Shown: positions 23,801 to 35,800 of the stretch, piece after piece
How the letters are laid out: every line of letters starts with the position of its first letter
How positions within the stretch are numbered: position 1 is the first letter of the stretch
DNA from: Gekko japonicus
Taxonomy: Eukaryota
Reading direction: 5' to 3'
NCBI RefSeq assembly: GCF_001447785.1
Contig: NW_015169226.1
Span: 248,001-312,000 of the forward strand
DNA length: 64,000 nt
The notes under the pieces: generated by a model
Database searches by the model: none
Seen by the model: the letters and a program-made list of their open reading frames with translations, nothing else
Told to the model about the DNA's origin: nothing
Translations under genes and position numbers: made by a program

Positions 23801-26800
23801 GTGAATTCGAATTCCCAGGAACAGTTTGGGGGGGGGGAAGAGTAGCTCTGTCAAACAAAACGTTTTCATCCTCCTGTGTTTCCATATGTTAATATCCTGC
23901 CATGTCTTTGTTTATTCCCCACAGCTCCTAGAGCTAACCCGGCCCTTGGATTCTCGACTGGAACATGTGGAATTTCGGGCACTTCTACAGTGCCTCAGTC
24001 CTGATAAGATCCTCCAGATATTTGCTTCTACAGCTCTGGAGCGACGGATAGTCTTTCTGGCAGAAGACCTCAGGTAAAAACACTCTGGCCCTTATCTCCA
24101 TGAAATTAATCGTACCTTCGTATCTTTAGGCTGTGATGTGAGGAGGGGTCTTGTAGAAAAAGAGCTAGGGGAACTCATTAGCATAACTCATTAGCATATG
24201 CCACACCCCCTGACATCAGGGGCCCAGCGGTGGACCTGCAAGGCCGGCAGGAGTGCGAGGAAGCCCCGCCAAGGCCCTCTCTGGCCCCAGGCAGGCAGGG
24301 GTGGGGAGAGGCGGGGAGGAAGCAACTTACCCTCCCTCTTCTCCTGCCTCCTCCTGGCTGAATGAGGGCTGGAAGCGGGGCGGCCGGAAGCAGGGGGCGG
24401 GGCTTCATCGTGTGCCCCGCCCCCCGCACCTCACCCAGGGGGACTGCGATCCCCCGTGTTCCCCCCTGAAATGACCTGAGGGAACCATATGCTGGTGGTT
24501 CTGTTTCTGGTAGGGTGACCAGTACCAAATAGTGGTATAGTGGTACAGATTCTGCGCTCCATTTTGCTACAAGGTTCCGTCTTGGACCCCCCCCCCCCCA
24601 TGCTGTTTAATACCTATATGAAACTACTAAGAAGAGTGATCTGGAGATTGGAGTATGCTGATTACACGCAGCTGTTTTTCTTTTCACCAGTCAGGTGAGC
24701 TAGTGGATGTCATGAATGAGTGTCTTGAAGTGGTAATGGGATTGGATAGGGGCCAGTAAACTGAACTTAAACCCAGAAAAGACCAAGCATCCTTTGGCCA
24801 ACAGTACAGCCAGTCAGGGATTGCAGATTCTGTTCTGGGTGAAGGTGTGCTCTTCCCCCCACCCCAGCCCACCCCCCTGAGCAGTTGTGCAGCTTGAGGA
24901 TGCTATTGATTCATGCTTACAGAATGCATAGCTCCTAAACCAATTGTAATTACTATGCCAGTTACAGCCCTTTGAGAGGCATAATCTTCCCATGGTTAAC
25001 CCTGCTTTGATCACATCCAGGTTAGAGTACTGCAACACGTTTTATGTAGAGCTGTCTTTGAAGACTTTGGACACTTCAATTGGTTCAGGACAGCAGTGAG
25101 CCAGTTTTGAGATCTAAATTGGCTATCATTTTCTTTCTAGGGTTAAACTCTAAACAGGCTGGGTCCAGGATGCTGAAGGATCACCTACTCCCATACAAAC
25201 TTGCCCATCAACTAAGATTTGCTTCAGAGGCCCTGCTCTGGATTCCACCATCTGACAGGGCCTTCTCTGCAGTTGCACCTCCCTTTTATTTATTTATTTT
25301 ATACCCCGCCCTCCCCGCCAAGGCAAGGCGGCTTACAACAATCACAAATACAATTAAATACAGTTAAAAACCTATCATTAGCATAAATTACTTAAAATAA
25401 CAATCCTTTAAAAATATCACACATAACATACTTAAGCTGCAGGAACATCAGGTCTTAAAACATAATTTAGGTAACTGTTAGATGTCAGTGCTTTCACACC
25501 AGCCCCATTCTCATTTATTATGCAGTGAGGACAGGTTGGGAACCACGATGGTAAGACCCAGGTTACAGACCCAGGTTGTAGAACATGCTTAGCACAGAGA
25601 TTTGCCTAGCATCAGGTTAACTTGGTTTTGGGTGCAAAGTGAAAACATCTTTGTTCTTCCAGGCCTTTTGTAGATCTTTTGACCTTGGTTATTTTGTTTT
25701 TGCTTCCCACTTCTACTTATTACTTATCTGGTAATGGTTGATTCAAGGTTGGTAGGTTTTTACTGCTGTCTGAAGTTGGTTTGTTGCCAGCCAAGTTTAT
25801 GGTGTGTGATTTCTTTGTTGCGGATTATTGCATGGTTTTAAATGCATTGATGTTGTTTTTAATTGAAAATGCCTTAATACATCCAGTGGCAGGGATAGCC
25901 CATTAACCAGTATATCTACAAAATAAATATGATGTTGTTGCTGAGGATTGTTGACATTTTCAGCTGGATACTAAATTTGCACAGCGTGGCATTATTGTAG
26001 CCCTTTCTTAGACACCCAGGGAAATGCTGATCGCCACTTTGGGGTCAGGAAGCAATTTTTCTCCAGGCCAGTATGACTGGGGATCCTGGAGGTATTTTAT
26101 CATCTTCTGGGCATGGAACAGGGGCCACTGGGGGTGTAGGAGGGGGAGGTATGTGTGAATTTCCTGCATTGTGCAGGGGGTTGGACTAGATGACCCTGGA
26201 GGTACCTTCCAACTGTATGATTCTATCTATGGCCGCTTTATAATTATAGAGCATTTTTTCACTTTAGAGTTGCAGCTTGGAGAACTCACCTGTCTTGTGA
26301 ACAGCCTCACAGCAACAAATGAGGCTGTAACTGAGGTTTCTCAATGTTCTGTTTTTTCCTGTTACGGACTCTCCATTCCNNNNNNNNNNNNNNNNNNNNN
26401 NNNNNNNNNNNNNNNNNNNNNNNNNNNNNNNNNNNNNNNNNNNNNNNNNNNNNNNNNNNNNNNNNNNNNNNNNNNNNNNNNNNNNNNNNNNNNNNNNNNN
26501 NNNNNNNNNNNNNNNNNNNNNNNNNNNNNNNNNNNNNNNNNNNNNNNNNNNNNNNNNNNNNNNNNNNNNCCTGCTTGCTGGATCAAACAAAAAATGAAGG
26601 GGAGGGGGTGACAGGGCCCAGGGCAGATAAACAGAAGAAGCTGTGACTTCAGCTCCAGTTGAGAAATTAGACACAGGAAGGTTCTCCAGGTTGTAAACCA
26701 CAATCCTAATTTTTTGCAAGACAGATTTGAGTCTGAAACTATTTGTGATTTTCTTTTTTAATTTGAGTCTGGATTTAGGAACTAGACTAGTAAAAATGTC

Positions 26801-29800
26801 TGAGATGGGGATATAAATCAGCTTACAACAATGTTCTTGGCTCACAACAACCCTGTGAGGTAGGTTATGCTGAGAGAGTAGCTGGCTGGAAGTCACTCAA
26901 CAAGCTTCCATAGCAGCAGAGTAGAGGTCTGAAGCTGGGTCTCCAAGGTCCTCGTCTGACACTCCAAACACTACGCCATGCTGGATCTCAAGGGGAAGCT
27001 TTTTTTATTTGAAATCAGTAATGACATTCTAACCTTTTCCAGCCCTTAAGACTGAGCAGCCAATATATTTAAATAACAAGATAATAAAGATCCACTGGGT
27101 ATTCTGTGAATGCACCACATACTACTGAATATTCAGATATGCACCCTACCTTTCTGTGTCTTCCTGTTCAGTACTGTATTTTCCTTTCAGCTCCCTCTCC
27201 AAGTGTATCCATGCAGCAGCTGCTCTTCTTTATCCCTTTACATGGGCCCATACATACATCCCAGTGGTTCCGGAGCAGCTCTTGAGCACTGTCTGTTGCC
27301 CCACGCCTTTCATGGTTGGCATCCAAAAGCGCTACCTGGAAGAGGTCCTGGATCAACCCATGGAAGAGGTGCTGTCTTTATCTTGTGTGTCTTTTGAGTG
27401 GACGAGAGAGCAAAATGTTAAGGTGTCTTTGGAGGCAGCATCTAGGATTGGCATTTGTGATTCCACCCTATCCCAGTTTTTCCTAACCTTGTTGAATCTG
27501 TGAACACTTCTGCAGTTTGAGTATAGATTATGGGTGCCAAGACAAAATGGCTTCCATGTGGGACACAGCTCACCACAAAATGGCTGCCATGGGGCCAGTG
27601 ACAGAAGGTTGGGAGATTCCAAGCCAAGTGTCATCTTGTGATGGAAGTAGTTGCTAGGTGCATCAGGCAGACATGAAGATGATTCCTCTTGGGATCTTCT
27701 GAGGCATCTCCTCTTCCAAGTGAGATGGAAGAAAGCCAGGATTGGCTGTGTAATATGGAGAAGAGTTGTTTTGGAAAAAAATGCAGTGGGCAAGAGGAAA
27801 TGCATCAGCCACAGTAGTACCCATGGGCACCACATTGGGGATTAATCTCATAGGTAATCTTTCCATTTGCAGAGGAATGACCATGACCATCATCGGCTTC
27901 ATAGACAGCTTCATGCATTCCTGAAGGTTTGGCATAAACATTGGCCCTTGATTAAATCACTGTATATTGCACCAGCCAAACAACTTCAGTGGCACCACTA
28001 GATGCTCTCAGTATATTCATTGCAGCTGATGAGTAAATATTTATTTATTTAACCAGCCACTCCTTTTATATACTATCAACTTGCTTGACTCTTTAAGACA
28101 ACTTACATTGTAAAACAACCTTAAAAGGCAACATCTAATTCATTAAAAAAAACCTTAAATCTACTTCAAGTGCATATTACTGCAGAATGTGGACAAACAC
28201 TGTACCCACACTTGGGTGGAATCAATGTCTTCTAATGTGAGATGTTCCAGAGTTCTCTTCCCTCTTTGATTCCTCCCCTTCCTCACCCACTTTTGAACAT
28301 GCTGCTGCTTTCTCTGTTTTGCTAGTCCTTAGAGCAATGCTGGATGGATAAAGATGGATGTTTTTGCTCTTTTAGGTGCTACTTGTGGATCTGTGTGAAG
28401 GCAAGTTCTTGAAATTGGTAAGTATAATTCCATCTTATTGCCAGCTGCAGGACTTTGGTGGACATTTCCAGGCAATGATGCTGTACCAAAGCCTGCCCCT
28501 TCACCTCTCTATTGCTTAGAACTCTGCTTTTCTGACTAGTGCTTTATCTCTTACTTTAGTGATCAACTCAGCTTTATGCATTGCAATCTTGCTGTTCCTA
28601 TCCCTCTTTTCCATGCCTCCAACAACATGGCCACAATTAAACACAGTTGTGCCTGAAGTGCAGCGGATATATCACACAGTATGCCAGAGAATCATGGGTA
28701 TATAGACATGTAATATAATGGAACATTTCCGTGAAAATTACTAAAGAATATTAAAACCACATTTATTTATCCACCATTTAAAAATTAACTCTCAAAGTAC
28801 ATACAATATCAAATGTCTTATAGTTTCAGTATCAATATAATGCATTCCACTTGTAGCATAAACCATCCATTTACCATCCATTTCAAACAGCAATAGGGTT
28901 ACATTTCATTCTCACCGCAATGATGAATATATGTTGTAACTTAAGTTCCCAAGGTCTCTGTTTATCTCAGTTTCAGCTAGTTGCTTGAAAACATTTCAGA
29001 CAGCAGTAAAGTTGTATCTCATTCTCTGCACGATGCTGAATATCTGTTGCAATTTAAATCCCCGGAGTCCCTGTATACGAGCTTTCCAAATGAGATAGTT
29101 CAACAATTAGGCTTTGTATATTTACAAGCTCAATTCTAGCCTGACGGATTCACTAGCTCCTTTCTGTTCCATGATTGCTCTCTTTTTCAAAGGTGGCACT
29201 GCTCCTCATCTGTAAACTAATGCCAAAATACAACACACATAATCACAAGCCTTCTTGGTATTTAGTGTCTCCAGCTACTGAAGTGTTGTATAGCGGGAGA
29301 TATTAAATACTACTATGCATTATACTGATACTGAAACTATAAGACATTTTGATATTGAGAGGTAATTTGAGAGGTATGGATAAATAAGTGGATAAATAAA
29401 TATGGTTTTAATCTCAGGCTTCTCTTCCTCTGTCCAGTGAAATTGCTGCAAACCTGCCTGCTATATTCATTTGGATGTTTCTTCACCGTCTCAAATTCCA
29501 CATGCCCCAACCTGATCTTTCCTCTCAGTTTGTCAGCTGCTCTTCATAGACAACATAACTATCCACCTTGTTGCTGAGGTACACAATCTTTGGGTCTTCT
29601 GTTCCCTTTGTTCCCACATTCAGTTTTTGACCACTCATGTTGTTTTACCCTGTTCACCATCGCAAAGATCTGCCCATTCTTTCTGTTGCCGTAGCTGAAA
29701 ATCTAGTTCATGCATGGGTTGTCTCCTGCCTTGCAATCGTTTCTGCCTTCCTCTGTCACACCTCAGTCCTCCCTTCTCTATCCAAAACTCCGCTACCAAA

Positions 29801-32800
29801 ACCATTCACCACTCCCATCACTCAGATTATGGGATGCCACTCCTTCACTGGCTTCGCAGCCCCTTCTCTATCCAGGACAAACTCCCTTGTCTCTACTGCT
29901 AAAACTCTCTCCAGCCTGGCCTCGCTGTTTTTCAGCCCTTGGGTACAATTATATCCTGCCATTTGGTCCTTTAACTCTGCTGCCTTCAGTCTCTCAAAGA
30001 TGTCTTCCTTTATAAAATGGCTGTTCATTCTCCCTTGCAGCCACCTGTTCATAGAACTCCCTCCCTGGTTCCTAACTGTTTAAGAGAACCAGTGTATGTA
30101 GTGGTTAGAATTAGAATCTTGGGAGACCCAGGTTCAAATCCCAACTCTGTCATGTAAGCTCACTGGGTGACCTTGGGCCAGTCACACACTCTCAGCCTTA
30201 ACTGCACTGCAGGGTTTTTGTGAGGATCAAACAGAGGCGAGCACACAGAACTCAGCAAAAGCATGTCCTGCTGCATTCTCAGCAGTACAGGGATGATCCA
30301 CAAATACAGCATGTTGAACAACAGAAATCTGTATCACAGTCACAAAATCCATTATGGTTTCCTGTTGATGGTAGATGGGGGGGGGGAACCTCTTTCCTAA
30401 TCTGATTTTAGTCAAGACTTTCCTAACACTATAGATTTCAAGGAAGCAATAAATCGATCAATCGGTTACATTTTTTTAAAATGCCCACATAGCAAAACGT
30501 TGGTGAAGGTGCCTTTTTGAGACTCCTGAACAAAGAGGACACTTTGCTGACCCCTCTTTCTGTTAGCCCAGTCCAGTTTTCTGTGCAGACCAGAGGGAAA
30601 AGCCATGTTTGAAGTTTAGTACAGTGAGGGTGGGAGTCAGGACAGTTTAGGTGTCTTGCCTAGTGGCTGCTCCATAATCCCAGAATCTTCCTCTGGTAGT
30701 CAGCTGCTCAAATGGATTGTAGGCAGGGATTTTAATCTGCATCCACAGTTTAGCTGACCTGGTTAATAAACTGAAGCTTGCAGCCCTAGCTTTCACTATG
30801 CTACCTTTTGAAATATGTATTTGGTTAGGCCCAGTGTTCCCTCTAAGCTGAGTTAGTGTGAGCACCACAGTTTAGCTGACCTGGTGACTCACGAATTTTT
30901 GTCTTAGCTCAGTAAGGAGGGCTCCGGAGCAAACTAATTTATGCAGCAGCCAAATCACTCGCTCACAACTTTAATGCCAGCAGCCCACAAAGTAGAATTT
31001 TTGCTCACAAGACTCCACAGCTTAGAGGGAGCATTGGTTAGACCATCCTTTGCCAGGATGCAACAGCAGGATTTGACTGCAGAGTCATCTCTCAGGTTGT
31101 TGTATGCATCGCCTGTCTCTTGATCTCTCCATACGAGACCGGGTTCCCTTCCTCCTTAGAGTAACTGCCTTCTTAGTGCTCCTTGTTGTATCAGGGGATG
31201 GTTAATGGGCTTGCACAATGGCTAATGAGCTCCAGAGTGATCAGTAATCCAGATGGCAGATTTGTCTGAAAGCACTACGGAATGTGTCCTGGGAGACCTG
31301 GTTGTGAGCCATGTTTCTTCCCATTAGACCAGAAGGGGCAGTCAGAAAATGGGCCTTTAAGCACGATCCCCCTCTTATATACACTCCCATGTCCAGCACA
31401 CCTTCTTGCCCCAAAGGCTGTTTTCCCTCCACATAACCTCCCCATTAATAATTCTGTAGGTTGGTGATGAAGACGAGATCTTGCCTGGCAAGCTACAGAG
31501 TGAGATGCTGGCCTCTCTTCCAACAGTGAGCAACAACATAATGAGTAAGCACAACCTTCTGATTGCCCCCTCTCTGTGTACATGGAAAATAAGGCTCTTT
31601 TTACAAGTTATATATGCAATGAAGGTAAGGGTTCAGACTGGTGTTCCTTGGGCAGATGAGGTAAGAAGGGAGATTCTTGTTCTAAGGGTGTCGCAGATGG
31701 GGGAGATGGTGGGTCTGTGTCAGGCTTAGCCCATCGGACTACAACAACGCTGTCAATACAGGCCTTCCCTTCTGTCATGTCATTCTTGCTCAAGAGCATA
31801 TTACTCTGCACCTGCTGTAGCACATAAATGGTAAATCAGGAATACAAAATGCTGGCATGGTCTTCAATTGCCTGTAGTCAACTTGGCTGCAGCTTGTTTT
31901 AAAAACATGTCACCCACCCTGGGCTAGGTGATCTTGAATCCAGTGAGCTAATCTTATGGAATTCCTCACAGTCCATCTGTGGGTGGAACACTGGCGAAGT
32001 ATAAGGTAGTATAAAAGGCATATGAATGCCCCTTTCCCCTGATATTTTCCATTTAGGGTTAAAAAACAGTCTGCTGGGTCAGACTGAAGGCCCATCTAGT
32101 CCAGCATTTTGTTCACACAGTGGCCAAACAGCTACCTCTAGGAAGCCCATAAGAAGACTGCAGGAGCATCTTAGCCAACAGGAAGCACTATACAGTGTTG
32201 CATTTAATGATGCAGAGAATCCCCAAAGTGTAGGGGGATGGGTTTTTGGAGTCCATAACCCCCTCAGACCTTCTGGTTTCTGAGCCAATCTAGTTGGGAT
32301 CCATTTCCTGGAGGAATTGTATAGTTCTTGATGCTTGAAAAAAGCAAAGGACATTCTGCAGGATTTGTCACACCCTGAACACTCCCTGTTTAAACTGCTG
32401 CCTTCGGGTAGAAGATATAGAACAATTAAAACAAGGACGAACAGATTAAAAAACAGTTTTTATTCGAGAGCTATTATTGCTTTAAATGCTGTATGAAATT
32501 GGAATTTGGGTCCTATTTTTTTATCCTTATGATAGTTAGTGTGGATTATATTTTTATCCCACCAGGACAATACTATATCCTGTTTTGCGAGTGAATCATC
32601 CGAATTTAATTCTAATTCTTTTGTTAGTAAGTTACCATATGTTACTTTGTTCCTATCCGTTGTTAATGACGGCAAAATAAATGCCTCCAACGGAGAAAGC
32701 CATAGTGGTAGTTTTTTATAGTTATTTTTCTTTATCAGATTCCAGACTTTAATTAATGCTTTTCTAATTATGTTTGTATGGAAATTTGAATGGATTTTAT

Positions 32801-35800
32801 CCTTTCCATACCAAAGATATGCGTGCCAACCCATTGCTAGATCAGCACCTTCCAACGCTAATACTCTGGTATTTTCTAATTTAACCCAATCTTTTATCCA
32901 TTCCATTGAGGCCGCAAGATAGTATACCTGCTAATTTGGCAATGCAAAACCTCCATGTTCTTTTGGTCTTTGTAAGTTTTTCAAACTTATCCTTGGTTTA
33001 TTTCTTTGCCAAATAAATTTCCCAACTATTATATTAAGGTGTTGTTGTTGTTGTTATTTCAGCCATTTGTTATGTTCCCTTATGGAAGCCAGCAGTGATG
33101 GACCACCCACCCAGAGGACCTCATATTTGTGACATTTGGATGTTTTGTTTTTTACATCTACTACTGTAGATCCATTGCAAGCTAGCAAAGTAGGCAGCTT
33201 CTTTCTGGAGCCATATGCTTGCATATGTTATAGCCTCTTTACCATTTAATCTCAGGAAATTGGATTTTGTATCTCAAGGACACCACAGTCTGTTGAATAG
33301 CTAATACCCTACACTGCCTATATGAATATAAGCTGTAAACATGTCTTAATTAATGAATGCATAGGCAGAGTTTTTAAAGCTCTTTGATTAAAGGTGCTGT
33401 CAGACTTTTTTCACATTAGTTCCCCACAATCCCCATGAAAGATTACTGTCTGAGAACTCTGGTGTGTGTGTGTGTGGGGGGGGGATCCAGTCAAGACGAG
33501 TCAGTTATGTTTCCTTGCAAACATTTATAAATATATGAAATGGTCACCACTTAGAAAATTAATGAAATCATGCCATGTGGGCTGCTTTCCCCATGCAATG
33601 ATCCATATATGTACAAGGATTCACTGAATGGGCTGACTTTCTGCATGCAGTAACCAAGAAAATGGCTCCAGTGGTATCCAGAAAAACCACTCCATCTATC
33701 AAAATCCTTTGCCGACAAACAGTTCACTGGGTTCTATCAGGTAGGGTGATTTTAAATCAGATGCCCCCAAGCAAATGTGAGTTAGAGAATTTGCTATTAG
33801 TAAGCTGGAGAAAAGTTAGTGTGGTTAAGATACAGGAATTTGACAGTTTGGAGGGGACTAAATTTCTCCTGCAATTGAATGTTAAACTTGCCTCTTTTCT
33901 TCTTTCCAGCCTCTGAGGAATTCAATGTACGCGTTTCAGAGACTTTTGTGCAGTTCTTTGTCAAAACCATTGGCCACTACCCAGCGCACATCAAATGGAA
34001 CAGAAGTGGTCAGGGCAGCTTCCAGGAGAAGTCGTTCTGCAAAGCCCCCACCTCCAAGACCTGCCGCAGGTTTCTGAAGAGATTTGTGAAGACACAGATG
34101 TTCTCATTATTTATTCAGGAAGCAGAAAGGAGCAGAAAGTGTGTAGAAGGTAAACTCTGCCCCTGCTGTGATGACAATGTGCCATTATTCTTCCTTGTGC
34201 AGATCCAGGCCTATCAGTCGCTCACATAACAGAGGATTTCTACAGGGGTTGTGTCAGGCATTAAATTTTTATTTATTTGGAAAACACGTTTGTTTACGGA
34301 ATATATGGGTTACATCCAACCAGCTTTTTACATGGTAAAGAAGGGAGGAGAACCGCCCAAAAGGGGAGCTGTAGTAATGTGTAGGATTGGGTAAGACTGA
34401 GCAGAAAAACTGGCTGGACCCAGCCTTATGTTCAGTTGCATTACCCATGTGCTAATGGCAGATGTGTTTTCACTGTACTTCAGCAGACATGTGCTGGTGA
34501 CTGTGGCCAGCTGCAGTTTCCAAGTGTGTGCAGGTGCAGAGAGGAGCACTCGTGATTATCATCAAATGTGAAGATCCACATGCTGCTCCCATGCATCTTC
34601 CAATACGGAAGAGCTTTTTGTGTAGAAAAATCAGAATGTCTGCACTCTGCAGCAACCCGTTGTGTGGTGCAACCTTAGAAATGCTCTGCATTTTGATGGA
34701 GTAACGAGGCATTTATGTATGTTCTTTGTTGTTGTTGTTCAGTCGCACAGTTGAGTCCGACTCTTCGCGACCCCATGGACCACATCACGCCAGGCCCTCC
34801 TGTCTTCCGTCATGCTCCGGAGTTTGCTTAATTTCATGTTCGTTGCCTTAATAACACTGTCTAACCATCTCATCCTTTGCTGTCCCCGTCTTCTTTGACC
34901 TTCAATCTTTCCCAGCATCAGGGTCTTCTCCAGTGAGTGCTCCCTTCTCATTTGGTGGCCAAAGTATTTGAGCTTCAGCTTCAGTATCTGACCTTCCAGG
35001 GAACAGTCAGGGTTGATTTCTTTTAGGATTGACTGATTTGATCTTCTTGCAGTCCAGGGGACTCTCAAGAGTCTTCTCCAGCACCATAATTCAAAAGAAT
35101 CTATTCTTCGGCGCTCGGCCTTCCTTATAGTCCAACTCTCGCAGCCATACAGTACTACTGGGAATACTATTGCTTTGACCATACGGACTTTTGTTGGCAG
35201 GGTGATGTCTCTACTTTTTATTATGCTGTCAAGGTTTGCCATCACTTTCCTCCTAAGGAGCAGGCGTCTTTTAATTTCATGACTGCAGTCACCATCTGCA
35301 GTAATCTTGGATCCCAGGAACGTGAAGTCTGTCACTGCTTCCATAACTTCTCCTTCTGTATGCCAAGGAGTGATGGGGCTGGATGCCATGATCTTAGTTT
35401 GAGAAATGCTGATTTATTTTATTTAAAACATTTCTATGCTGCCTTTCCCCCAAAATAGGCATCCCCGAGGTGGTGAACATCAAACTATTTCAACATTTAA
35501 AAGGCATTTAAAAATAAAGTGTATATAAACAATTCAGTAAAAACATACAAACACACACAACACCACAGCCAGGGAGGAGGGCCAATAACATTTATTGGAG
35601 GGGTATGCTAAACAAAACAAAACATGTCTCCACCCTCAACCAAAGACAACAATAAGGGCAATAGATGAATCTCCCTAGGGAGGGCGTTCCAAAGTTTTTG
35701 GTGCTGCAACTGAGAAAGCCCTTTTTCTGAGTTGCCACCTGTTTAGCCTCAGATGGCAAAGGACAACCAAACCAGGGCCCCGGAAGATGACAGGAGTGGC

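Noticed and set aside
26171-26896. Long ORFs spanning X runs (also 53197-53515)
   Set aside because: Artefacts of N gaps.
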